DNA of 62,368 bases from an uncultured Bacillota bacterium (lineage in GTDB: Bacteria; Bacillota; Dehalobacteriia; UBA4068): positions 1 to 62,368 of the forward strand of contig CAKQQU010000002.1 in the NCBI GenBank assembly GCA_934271085.1. Direction: 5' to 3'. Shown here one piece after another: positions 36,027 to 44,817 of the stretch (position 1 is the stretch's first letter; each line of letters opens with the position of its first letter). The position numbers and the translations under genes are program-made. Below the pieces are notes generated by a model that searched no databases, was not told the DNA's origin, and worked only from the letters and a program-made list of their open reading frames with translations.

Positions 36027-37070
36027 TCAGCAATTTGCTTCGCATTGGCTTATATATTGACGGGTAAGTTTAATGCGTTTTCCATCGCCACGGGCAAGCT
36101 GTGAAAATCCTGCCTGCCAAAGCATTTTTCTGCAGGCGCTTACATCCAGGCCCCGGCCTTGGGATGTGTCGGCGGCAATATCCCTTGGATTTACTCCGGT
36201 TTCCGCGCAAATAGCGTTGGCTCCGCTGGCAAGGCTTATGGGATCCGCCTCATGTACAGGGATCCAGGGATAGGGATCTATAGCTATGCAGGCCAGAGCA
36301 TTGACAGCCGCTATTTGGGCCAAGCGGGCATTGGTGATTTCGTCGGTAAAAATTGTGCCCGGTACGGGAGTGCGCTTCATCACTCCCGCAGTATCAAATT
36401 TGCCTTCTATTGTTTTAAAGATATGATCCACAAGTTCTTTGGGCGTATGCTCCGTCCCTATGGGTTCAAGGCAGTCCTGCAGCATCAGGCCCGCCCGACG
36501 GGCATTATCGATGGTTTCCTGTCTTTTTTTCGGATCGATAGTCGTATAAGTGCCTTCTCCGAGGCGTATTACATGGTAAACGCCGTCTGCTCCAGCCTCT
36601 TTCAGTTTTACGAAAGTTTCATAATCCGTATCGCCGATATTTGTATACAGCAATGTTTGTGGCGGTGAAACCTCCCTGGCTATTTTCAGGGCGCCGATAT
36701 AATAATCAAGATCGTATTTATCCATTGTCATAAGCCACAGGCAATAGAGGTCGCCGTCCTTGGTAAAATCGTGAACTTTTTGCCTTATAGTTGCTTCGTC
36801 AAGGGTGATCTTTTGGGTAAAGCTGGTATGGGATTTCCCGAAAGAGCAAAATTTGCAGTCAGCCTCGCAGGGGTATAATTCAAGCCCGATCTGACCAAAG
36901 AGAACGCCGGTATTTTGTGTTTTATGTCTCACTATATCATTGGCAACGCCCCGTGTAAGCGTGGCCTCCGGCGTCGCTTCGCCAAAGCCAAGCAGGTATT
37001 CGCAGTCCCTGGCTGTGGGAGGCGTGCTGTCAAGTGCGCTTATCAGTATTTTTAATACCTTATCATCCAT
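36027..37070 (-). CDS. Radical SAM protein, BioB/CofH-like fold, function unknown
   Basis: 347 aa. CX3CX2C motif in YPCEADCKFCSF. BioB-like segment VKLKEAGADGVYHVIRL. Cys-containing C-terminus (ISQCEANC). Confidence 0.7.
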   Translation of the reverse strand: MDDKVLKILISALDSTPPTARDCEYLLGFGEATPEATLTRGVANDIVRHKTQNTGVLFGQIGLELYPCEADCKFCSFGKSHTSFTQKITLDEATIRQKVHDFTKDGDLYCLWLMTMDKYDLDYYIGALKIAREVSPPQTLLYTNIGDTDYETFVKLKEAGADGVYHVIRLGEGTYTTIDPKKRQETIDNARRAGLMLQDCLEPIGTEHTPKELVDHIFKTIEGKFDTAGVMKRTPVPGTIFTDEITNARLAQIAAVNALACIAIDPYPWIPVHEADPISLASGANAICAETGVNPRDIAADTSQGRGLDVSACRKMLWQAGFSQLARGDGKRIKLTRQYISQCEANC

Positions 37071-37093
37071 TTTGTTTACTTCCTTTTATAAAT

Positions 37094-37480
37094 TTATTTG
37101 GCGCAGCACAGTTGGTTTGCGCTGCCGTTTTTTATATCATGGCCCGGGCTGCGCCTGCCCAGTTTGCCAAAACTGTAGATGAAACCAAGAAATTTAAGGG
37201 TAGTATGGAGCTTTTTATGGGCGACTGTTTCCAGAAGATGGCTGGCATATGTGCAGCCATCTGCATTTATGGAGTAATAATTCCATGAACCGACTTTCCG
37301 TTTTTTTACAATACCCGACTGGCAAAGAATTTTCATATGATGGGATAATGTCGGCTGGCTGATGTTTAAATCTTTCAGCAGTACACAGGCGCACAGCTCT
37401 CCCTGACAAAGTAATTGCAGTATGCGGAAACGGTTTTCATCAGTAAAGGCCCGGAAAACCCGCATATATTCGTTTTGCAT
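37094..37480 (-). CDS. ArsR/SmtB-family regulator with an alpha3-type Cys pair and a Cys-Cys C-terminal tail
   Basis: wHTH (ISQPTLSHHMKIL). ELCACVLL matches the As/Cd-type ELCVCDL position. A 45-aa C-terminal extension ends in QLCCAK. It lies 23 nt upstream of the radical SAM gene. Confidence 0.75.
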   Translation of the reverse strand: MQNEYMRVFRAFTDENRFRILQLLCQGELCACVLLKDLNISQPTLSHHMKILCQSGIVKKRKVGSWNYYSINADGCTYASHLLETVAHKKLHTTLKFLGFIYSFGKLGRRSPGHDIKNGSANQLCCAK

Positions 37481-37595
37481 TTTAGACCTCCTTTTTATAA
37501 TAATAGCACTATAATAACAATAATATCGAAAAATATCAATATCTTTATCGCGTATTTCCCAATACGCAGCGAATATATTTTTTGTCAGAACGCTT

Positions 37596-39569
37596 TTACT
37601 TTTGCCTTAAGGCATTAAGTATGGCCAGAACAGCTACGCCCACATCGGCTATTACTGCCAGCCAGAGATTGGCTATACCGCAGACAGAGAGAATAAGCAC
37701 TGCCAGCTTTACGCCTAAAGAGAATATAATGTTTTCCCTAACCAGCTTCATGGTTCGGCGGGATAAAAGGACGGCCTGCGGCAGGGAGCCGAGCCTATCT
37801 TCCATAAGCACTATATCAGCAGCCTCGATAGCCGCGTCTGATCCCAGGGCTCCCATGGCTATGCCTATATCTGCCCGCGCCAGTACCGGCGCATCATTAA
37901 TGCCGTCTCCCACAAAGGCCAGTTTGCCCCCTCCGGGTTCTGCCAATATCTCTTCCAGTTTAGTGACTTTATCTCCCGGCAGAAGGGAAGCATAATAGCT
38001 GTCCAGCCCCAGTTCCTCGGCTACGGCGGCGGCTGCGCCGGGATTATCTCCGCTGAGCATGATCTGCTTTCTGATACCCAGGCTTCGCAGGGCAGCTATG
38101 GCCTGGGCCGCGCCCTCCTTTGTCTGATCGCTGAAAATTATGCACCCTGCGTAAGTATTGTTTATGGCCAGATAGGATATGGCGCCTGCTGCTTCAATTT
38201 CCGGGAAGTCTACGCCGTTTTCCGCCATAAGTCTGCTGTTGCCCACAATTATCTGTTTTTCTGCCAGCTGTGCCCTGAGGCCGCGTCCTGCCAGCTCCCT
38301 GATACCCTGTACCTGGGGCAGTTTTTGCCCTGCCACTGCTCTTTGCAGCGCTTTTGCCAGAGGATGATCGGAACAGCTTTCTACTGCGGCGGCTAATGGG
38401 AGGATTTCTTCCCGGCTGTATCCTTCCGCGGGCAGTACATCTTTTACCTGAGGTTTTCCTATGGTAAGAGTGCCTGTTTTATCATAAACCAGAGTGTCAA
38501 GATGAGAAAGCGCTTCCAGATAATTACTGCCCTTTATCAGGATACCATGCCTGCTGGCAGCTCCCAGGCCTGCGTAAAAGCTCAGCGGCACAGATATCAC
38601 CAAGGCGCAGGGGCAGGAAACCACCAGGAAAACCAGGGCACGGTGCAGCCAACTGCTGAAAGGCTGCTGCAGGAGCAGGGGCGGCAAAACAGCCAGCAGC
38701 ACTGCCAGCCCTACTACTACGGGAGTATATACCCGGGCGAATTTGCTGATAAAGGCCTCCGCATGGCTTTTGCGGCCGGCAGCGTTTTCTACAAGCTCCA
38801 GAATCCGGCTGGCTGTGGATTCTTTATAGGGCTTGCTTACTTCAGCTATCAGAGGAGATGTAAGATTGATACAGCCGCTCAGCAATTCCTGCCCTTCTTC
38901 CACAGGCTGGGGCAGGCTTTCGCCGGTCAGGGCGGAGCTGTCCAGCAGGGAGCTGCCCTGGCGTACCAGGCAGTCTAGCGGCACCCGCTGCCCGGGGCGT
39001 ACCATGATAAGCTGGCCTACCTGCACCTCTTCGGGATCCACCTGCAGGGTGGTCTGCCCGTCAGCCTGCAGCAATTCCGCATGGTCTGGGCGGATATCGG
39101 TGAGAGCGGCAATGGCGCGGCGGGAATTATCTACCGCCCTATCTTCGAAAAGCTCGCCCACTTGATAGAAAAGCATGACCGCCGAGCCTTCCGGATATTC
39201 GCCGATGGCAAAGGCGCCCATAGCGGCTATGGTCATCAGCAGATTTTCGTCAAATATCCGGCCATGGATGATATTGCGTCCGGCCTGCAGAAACACCGGA
39301 CCGCCGCAAACCAGCAGAGAAACTATGTACAGCGCCAGCTTCAGCCAGTCAGCATGTAGCAGCAGCGCCGCTATGAGCAGCCCTGCGCCGATAGCCAGCC
39401 GCAATATGGTAATGGTACGCTGGTGGCGCGCATCATTGTCTGCCCCTTTGTGATCATGGTCATTATGACAGCAGCAACTGCAACCGCAGTTGTTTTTGGA
39501 AAGCTGCTGCCCGGAAATTCGCTGTTCGGTTCCTGCCGCGGTTTTTTTTATGGATTCCGAATCATTCAT
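37596..39569 (-). CDS. P1B-type heavy-metal-translocating ATPase (Zn/Cd/Co class likely)
   Basis: Motifs CPC (VVSCPCAL), DKTGTLT and GDGINDAP. A Cys/His-rich N-terminus (CGCSCCCHNDHDHKGADND) takes the place of a classical HMA domain. Confidence 0.85.
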   Translation of the reverse strand: MNDSESIKKTAAGTEQRISGQQLSKNNCGCSCCCHNDHDHKGADNDARHQRTITILRLAIGAGLLIAALLLHADWLKLALYIVSLLVCGGPVFLQAGRNIIHGRIFDENLLMTIAAMGAFAIGEYPEGSAVMLFYQVGELFEDRAVDNSRRAIAALTDIRPDHAELLQADGQTTLQVDPEEVQVGQLIMVRPGQRVPLDCLVRQGSSLLDSSALTGESLPQPVEEGQELLSGCINLTSPLIAEVSKPYKESTASRILELVENAAGRKSHAEAFISKFARVYTPVVVGLAVLLAVLPPLLLQQPFSSWLHRALVFLVVSCPCALVISVPLSFYAGLGAASRHGILIKGSNYLEALSHLDTLVYDKTGTLTIGKPQVKDVLPAEGYSREEILPLAAAVESCSDHPLAKALQRAVAGQKLPQVQGIRELAGRGLRAQLAEKQIIVGNSRLMAENGVDFPEIEAAGAISYLAINNTYAGCIIFSDQTKEGAAQAIAALRSLGIRKQIMLSGDNPGAAAAVAEELGLDSYYASLLPGDKVTKLEEILAEPGGGKLAFVGDGINDAPVLARADIGIAMGALGSDAAIEAADIVLMEDRLGSLPQAVLLSRRTMKLVRENIIFSLGVKLAVLILSVCGIANLWLAVIADVGVAVLAILNALRQK

Positions 39570-39594
39570 GTGGCATACCTCTGTATTTATTAAT

Positions 39595-39614
39595 AGTTGA
39601 ACAATAATTCAACT
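39595..39614. promoter_or_regulatory. Candidate ArsR/SmtB operator AGTTGAA-N6-TTCAACT just upstream of the ATPase start
   Basis: Perfect 7-bp arms located 26-45 nt upstream of the ATPase ATG. TGAACA/TTCA-type half sites are typical of the family. A second TTGA...TTCAA repeat lies at 39631-39646. Confidence 0.5.
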
Positions 39615-39814
39615 GTTGAAATAATTATAATTGAGTATTTGTTCAAATGTCAATAGTTTTGTTAAAAAAATATCCGCTCCAAGGCGGAACAGTAAGAAAT
39701 TATTTTGAAAAAACTTATATAATAAAAGAGCAGTGCTTCGGAAAAACAGGCGCATTTTGCTGCCAGCCCGTTAGGCTGACCCGCTGCCTTCCGGGATATC
39801 CGTTCAGCGGACGG

Positions 39815-40165
39815 CTATTCTGCCAGATGGCTGCGGGCCAAGGCGATAGTTTGGGCTACATGGTCGTCATCAAGGCTATAATATATATTTTTCCCCTCAC
39901 GGCGGTATTTGACCAATCTGCCGCTGCGCAGTGTATTAAGCTGATGAGATACGGCGGAAATACTCATATTAAGCAGGGCGCATAAATCGCATACGCATAG
40001 TTCAGCCTTGGCCAGTGCCAGCAATATTTTCAGACGGGTAGGGTCGCTCAGCAGTTTAAACCATGCTGCCAGGGACTGGGCCTCCCGGTCGCTTTGATCT
40101 GACCTTGCTTTTTCCACCGCTTCGGCATGAACTACATTGTTTTCACATACAGGAGCGTTTTCCAT
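39815..40165 (-). CDS. ArsR/SmtB-family metal sensor (CadC/CzrA-like)
   Basis: 116 aa. Canonical ELCVCDL alpha3 motif plus an alpha5-type DDDHV...HLAE ligand set. Upstream of the ATPase on the same strand. Confidence 0.8.
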   Translation of the reverse strand: MENAPVCENNVVHAEAVEKARSDQSDREAQSLAAWFKLLSDPTRLKILLALAKAELCVCDLCALLNMSISAVSHQLNTLRSGRLVKYRREGKNIYYSLDDDHVAQTIALARSHLAE

Positions 40166-40271
40166 AGCTTTTCTCCCACATATTTTGCTATAAAATATTA
40201 TTATTAATTATATAACAAATTATTTTTTATTTCAAATGTTTGGGCTGGTATTTATATAGGCATAATTCTAC

Positions 40272-40281
40272 TTATCGATAA
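40272..40281. promoter_or_regulatory. 10-bp palindrome TTATCGATAA, 17 nt upstream of the dfx -35 element
   Basis: It shares the TATCGATA core with the palindromes at 35846 and 47295. Confidence 0.3.
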
Positions 40282-40297
40282 TAATTCTCAGCAATCA

Positions 40298-40325
40298 TTG
40301 ACAAGTGGGCCATTTCTGCTACAAT
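40298..40325 (+). promoter_or_regulatory. Candidate sigma-A promoter of dfx (TTGACA-16 nt-TACAAT)
   Basis: Hexamers read directly, about 95 nt upstream of the ATG. Confidence 0.55.
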
Positions 40326-40420
40326 ATGGATATAGACGGCAGTGGCTATCGGGCTTTTACAACATATTCTGCACGTCGATGTAGATGTATAAAACATATG
40401 ATAATTGGGGAGGTATTGTT

Positions 40421-40807
40421 ATGGCTTGTGGAAATCGTTTTCATGTATGCGAAAAATGCGGTAATATGATCGGCGTTATCAAATGCAGCGGCCAGCCTAT
40501 CAGCTGCTGCGGCCAACCTATGAAAGAGCTGGTTGCCAATACCACTGATGCTGCCAAAGAAAAGCATGTTCCGGTTGTCAGCAAAAAATGCGGCCGCATC
40601 ACTGTGGAAGTTGGTTCTGTAGCTCATCCCATGGAAGATGCCCATTATATCGAATGGATCTATTTGCAGACAGAAAAGGGCGGTCAGCGCAAGTCCCTGA
40701 AGCCCGGCGAAGAACCCAAGGCTGTTTTTGCCATGTGCGCAGATGACAAGCCGGTAGCGGTTTACGCTTACTGCAATCTTCACGGTCTGTGGGTTGCCCA
40801 ACTGTAA
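40421..40807 (+). CDS. dfx: Desulfoferrodoxin (class I superoxide reductase)
   Basis: 128 aa counted from ATG 40421 (RBS GGGGAGG). Desulforedoxin-like CEKCG...SCCG centre I. Centre II ligand contexts EKHVPVV, HPMEDAHYIEW and YCNLHGLW. Confidence 0.9.
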   Translation: MACGNRFHVCEKCGNMIGVIKCSGQPISCCGQPMKELVANTTDAAKEKHVPVVSKKCGRITVEVGSVAHPMEDAHYIEWIYLQTEKGGQRKSLKPGEEPKAVFAMCADDKPVAVYAYCNLHGLWVAQL

Positions 40808-40854
40808 AACTGTGTAAGCGCCAGCTTAAATAATTCTTAATCGAATCCTAAACG

Positions 40855-40884
40855 AATGCAGAGGAATTTTTCCTCTGCATTTTG
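40855..40884 (+). terminator. Intrinsic terminator after dfx
   Basis: AATGCAGAGGA-ATTTT-TCCTCTGCATT followed by TTGTT. Confidence 0.8.
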
Positions 40885-40940
40885 TTATAATTACCTTGGT
40901 TAATAAAAGCGTGCAAGCGCTGTTGCGGAGGTAATAATAT

Positions 40941-41717
40941 ATGACCATGCTTGAAGTGCGCTCTTTGCAGAAAGTATACACCACCCGTTTCGGCGGAGCT
41001 TCTGTGCAGGCGCTGAATAATGTGAGTTTCAGCGTAGATGCCGGGGAATTCCTGGTGATAATGGGCGAAAGCGGCAGTGGTAAGACTACATTACTTAATA
41101 TTTTGGCAGCCCTGGATAAGCCCACCGCCGGGCAGGTATTGCTTGAGGGGCAGGATATGACCGCTATCCCCGATGGCAGCCTGGCTGCTTTCCGCCGGGA
41201 TAACCTTGGCTTCATTTTTCAGGATTTCAATCTGCTGGATAATTTCAGCGTACGGGATAATATTTTGCTGCCGCTGGTGCTGGCGGGTAAAAACTATCAG
41301 CAGATGGAGCCAGCCTTGACTACCGTAGCGGCCAGACTGGGTATCAGCGAACTGCTGGATAAATTCCCCTATGAGATCAGCGGCGGGCAGAAACAGCGTA
41401 CTGCCTGCGCCCGTGCTATCATCACCAATCCCCGGCTGGTGCTGGCAGACGAGCCTACCGGAGCTTTGGATTCCCGCTCGGCTGCTTCCCTGATGAGTCT
41501 GTTTGGGGAGATCAATCTGAGCGGCCAGACCATTATTATGGTCACACACAGTGTGGAGGCGGCCAGCCACGGCAGCCGGGTGCTGTTTATCCGGGACGGC
41601 AGCATTTATCATCAGCTTTATCGGGGGCACAGCGGCAAGGATGGCCTGTATCAGGATATTACTGCTACCCTGGCCCGGCTGGCGGCAGAACGGGAGGCAG
41701 CCTATGGACAAGCGTAA
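40941..41717 (+). CDS. ABC ATP-binding protein, MacB/BceA type
   Basis: Walker A GESGSGKTT, signature ISGGQKQR, Walker B LVLADEPTGALD. Confidence 0.85.
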   Translation: MTMLEVRSLQKVYTTRFGGASVQALNNVSFSVDAGEFLVIMGESGSGKTTLLNILAALDKPTAGQVLLEGQDMTAIPDGSLAAFRRDNLGFIFQDFNLLDNFSVRDNILLPLVLAGKNYQQMEPALTTVAARLGISELLDKFPYEISGGQKQRTACARAIITNPRLVLADEPTGALDSRSAASLMSLFGEINLSGQTIIMVTHSVEAASHGSRVLFIRDGSIYHQLYRGHSGKDGLYQDITATLARLAAEREAAYGQA

Positions 41718-43698
41718 ACGCAGTTTTTACCTGCGGCTGGCCGGCAGCAATATCCGCAAGAACAGCCGGTTTTATCTGCCCTATTTGCTTACCGGCGCCG
41801 CAGTTACCGCCATGTTTTATATCATGATGTTTCTCAGCCAGCACCCTTGCCTGGGGGAGATCTTCGGCGGCGATACCCTGCGCATTTTTCTGCGCTTCGG
41901 CATTATTATCATCGGTCTTTTCGCTACGGTGATCCTTTTTTATACCAATAGCTTCCTGATGAAACGTCGTCGTCGGGAACTGGGGCTTTTTTGCGTACTG
42001 GGCATGGAAAAGCGCCATCTGGCCCGTATCCAGTGGTGGGAGACCGTTATTTCCTATATTTTGACCCTGGCAGGCGGCTTGGTCTTAGGCGTGCTGTTTT
42101 CCGGAGCAGTTATGAAGCTGCTGGGCCGCATAGCCGGTTTTGACGCGCCCTTTTCTTTCAGTTTCGATATCGGCGGCGCTTTGCTTACCGCTATCGTTTT
42201 TGCCCTGATCTATTTGTTGATCCTCCTGGCCAATCTGCTGCGGGTAGGCCGGGCTAAGCCTATCGCGCTGCTGCACAGTGAACAGGTGGGTCAAAAGGAG
42301 CCCCGCACCCGCCATTTCTTGGCGGTGCTGGGTTTCCTGACCCTGGCCGGCGGCTATGCCATTGCTTTGCTGGTGGAATCTCCCATTCAGGCTGTGTTTC
42401 TTTTCTTCATAGCAGTGCTGCTGGTGATCATCGGCACCTATTGCCTGTTCACCGCCGGCAGCATCGCTATTCTAAAGACACTGCGCCGTAATAAGAAATA
42501 CTATTACCATCCCCGTCATTTCACCAATGTTTCCGGCATGCTTTACCGGATGAAACAAAACGCTGTGGGATTGGCAAATATCTGCATTCTTTCCACTATG
42601 GTGTTGGTAACGGTTTCTACCACAGTCTCTTTATACGCGGGTATAGAGGGAACTTTGCAGAATATGACGCCTCATGAGATAATGGCCCAAATGAACAGGG
42701 AGGAGGGCGGCTCTTTGGAAGAGCTGCCGCAAAAGGCACAGTTGGCCGCTGATCTGGCTGCTGATGAAAATCTGCCTCTAAAGGCTTACGGCTATTATCA
42801 GACTCTGGAATTCAACTGCTACGAGGAGGACGGCAATTTTGTTCCCGCGGAAAGCCTTTATGATTATAAAGGCGTGACCATGTGCTTCGTAACTGCTGCG
42901 GATTACAACAAGGAAAGCGGAAGCCAACTGCAGCTGGCTTCCGGCGAAGTAGCTATCAGCGGCTGGAATGGCGGCAGCAGCGTCCAGATACTGGGACGCA
43001 GCTATCCGGTGGCCGGTGCGCTGGACAGCGCCCTGTCTATGGGCCGGGCCTATGCTGACAGCACTGCCCGGGTATATCTGGTAGCAGTAGCAGATACCTC
43101 TATGCTGGATCAGCTGGCAGCAGATGCAAGTGCAGCTTATGATATGTTTTCCGATATAGGCTCTTATATCTGGCTGGATACGGACGGCGCTTCCGCAGCG
43201 GAACAGGCTGCCTTTGCCCAAAAGCTGGATGAGGTTTTGTGTGACATTGATAACAACTCCTGGGCCTGGACTTACTGCCGGGCAGATCTGGCCGGCGATG
43301 CCTATGCCCTTTACGGAGGCTTCCTCTTCCTGGGCGTTTTCCTGGGGCTGCTTTTCCTGCTGGCAACTATTCTTATCATGTACTATAAGCAGATCACCGA
43401 GGGCTATGAGGATGCCAGACGCTTCCATATCATGCAGCAGGTGGGTATGAGCAAGGCCGAGGTAAAGGCTACTATCCGCAGCCAGGTGCTGACTGTGTTC
43501 TTCCTGCCCCTGCTGCTTGCCGCCATCCATGTGGCCTTTGCCTTCAGCATCATCACCAAGCTGCTGGCGGCACTTTATCTTACTGATGTAGGCCTGTTCG
43601 CTTTGGTGACAGTGATAACTTTTGCAGTCTTTGCCCTGGTATATATCATAGTTTACAGTTTGACTGCCCGCACCTATTACCGTATAGTAAGTCAATAG
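41704..43698 (+). CDS. FtsX-family permease, BceB-like (about 10 transmembrane segments with a large extracellular domain)
   Basis: 664 aa counted from ATG 41704, overlapping the ATPase stop. A hydrophilic insertion of about 220 aa (MNREEGG...ALYGG) lies between the hydrophobic blocks, as in BceB-type permeases. Confidence 0.8.
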   Translation: MDKRKRSFYLRLAGSNIRKNSRFYLPYLLTGAAVTAMFYIMMFLSQHPCLGEIFGGDTLRIFLRFGIIIIGLFATVILFYTNSFLMKRRRRELGLFCVLGMEKRHLARIQWWETVISYILTLAGGLVLGVLFSGAVMKLLGRIAGFDAPFSFSFDIGGALLTAIVFALIYLLILLANLLRVGRAKPIALLHSEQVGQKEPRTRHFLAVLGFLTLAGGYAIALLVESPIQAVFLFFIAVLLVIIGTYCLFTAGSIAILKTLRRNKKYYYHPRHFTNVSGMLYRMKQNAVGLANICILSTMVLVTVSTTVSLYAGIEGTLQNMTPHEIMAQMNREEGGSLEELPQKAQLAADLAADENLPLKAYGYYQTLEFNCYEEDGNFVPAESLYDYKGVTMCFVTAADYNKESGSQLQLASGEVAISGWNGGSSVQILGRSYPVAGALDSALSMGRAYADSTARVYLVAVADTSMLDQLAADASAAYDMFSDIGSYIWLDTDGASAAEQAAFAQKLDEVLCDIDNNSWAWTYCRADLAGDAYALYGGFLFLGVFLGLLFLLATILIMYYKQITEGYEDARRFHIMQQVGMSKAEVKATIRSQVLTVFFLPLLLAAIHVAFAFSIITKLLAALYLTDVGLFALVTVITFAVFALVYIIVYSLTARTYYRIVSQ

Positions 43699-43792
43699 CC
43701 TCAATGTTTACAAATGCGCTGCTCTTGTGCTAAGATATTTTTTGTCATAAGCTGCAGGGGCAGCGCATATTTTTGTGGAAGGGAGGAGGCGG

Positions 43793-44638
43793 ATGACTGA
43801 ATATATGCCGCAGGATAAACCAGCTACATTTATTAAGAAAATATTCCAGGGTATACTTATCGGCTTTGGCTGCATTTTGCCTGGGGTCAGCGGCGGCGTT
43901 ATTGCAGTCAGCTTTGGCCTTTACCGTTCCATTTTGGATGGCCTGGCCGGTCTGCGCCGGGCTTTCTTTCGTAATTTTCTCTGGCTGCTGCCTTTAGGTT
44001 TGGGCGGGGTGGCCGGGCTGCTGGCAGGTGCTTTTCTCCTTAATGAGCTGCTGGCCCTTTATACAGTGCCGCTGCTGGCTCTTTTTATCGGCCTGATTTT
44101 AGGGGGTGTACCGGCTTTTATCAGGGAGGCCAACAGCGAAGGATTCCGTCCCCGCTATCTGCTGGCTACCCTGCTGCTGGCGCTGCTTGTCTGCAGCCTG
44201 CTGCTGCTGGATAAAGACGGCGCGGCTTCCAGGCCTTTGGTAATGGCGGCTTCCTGCCAGCTTAATTATTTGCAATGCCTGCTGGCCGGGGCAGTTATAG
44301 CTATCGGTACCATTGTGCCTGGTATTTCCACCTCTTTTATTCTGATTTATCTGGGCTGGTACGCTCAGGTTTTGGCTGCTTTGAGCAAATTGCAGATATT
44401 GCCATGTCTGCTGATACTTGCAGGCGCCCTTATCTGCGGCTTGCTGCTGCTTAAGCTTATCCGTTGGCTTTTTGACCGTTATCACGGCTGGGCTTATTAT
44501 GCGGTGTTTGGCTTTTTGCTGGGCTCGGTAGCTCTGGTATGTCCTCAGCTTGCCAGCGGCCGGCCTTTGCTGCTGGCGGTAATGATAGCTATAGGCTTGG
44601 CATCAGGTTATCTGCTTACTGCCAAAAAGAAAAACTGA
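43793..44638 (+). CDS. DUF368-family membrane protein (family recently linked to undecaprenyl-phosphate translocation)
   Basis: 281 aa counted from ATG 43793 (RBS GGGAGGAGG). The LPGVSGG and VPGISTSF repeats are hallmarks of DUF368. Confidence 0.75.
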   Translation: MTEYMPQDKPATFIKKIFQGILIGFGCILPGVSGGVIAVSFGLYRSILDGLAGLRRAFFRNFLWLLPLGLGGVAGLLAGAFLLNELLALYTVPLLALFIGLILGGVPAFIREANSEGFRPRYLLATLLLALLVCSLLLLDKDGAASRPLVMAASCQLNYLQCLLAGAVIAIGTIVPGISTSFILIYLGWYAQVLAALSKLQILPCLLILAGALICGLLLLKLIRWLFDRYHGWAYYAVFGFLLGSVALVCPQLASGRPLLLAVMIAIGLASGYLLTAKKKN

Positions 44639-44702
44639 AATATTGTTTGCGGTTTAATTTGTGTTATCAAGTAACATATCTGCTAAAAAGCTTTTTATGC
44701 AG

Positions 44703-44742
44703 AAGACGGTGTAACCCTGGATGGGCTGCACCGTCTTTTTTT
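44703..44742 (+). terminator. Intrinsic terminator after the DUF368 gene
   Basis: AAGACGGTG-17 nt loop-CACCGTCTT followed by TTTTT. Confidence 0.8.
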
Positions 44743-44817
44743 GCTTCGCTGTATAATTCAAGCCGCGGGGTATTTGCGGGGTAATGAGTTCCCTGCCTGC
44801 CGCTGCGGGGATAAGGA

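Noticed and set aside
36027-37070. The radical SAM gene next to hyd operon 1 as the H-cluster maturase HydE
   Set aside because: The cluster context (YPCEADCKFCSF) and the rest of the sequence do not match the HydE pattern as I remember it. The gene is co-transcribed with an ArsR regulator and is separated from hydC by a strong hairpin and a promoter. No hydF or hydG is nearby.
39647-39985. 112-aa + strand ORF spanning the ArsR-ATPase spacer
   Set aside because: It overlaps the 3-prime third of the well-supported ArsR gene on the opposite strand. It has no RBS and its product has no recognisable features. The spacer is better explained by operator and terminator elements.
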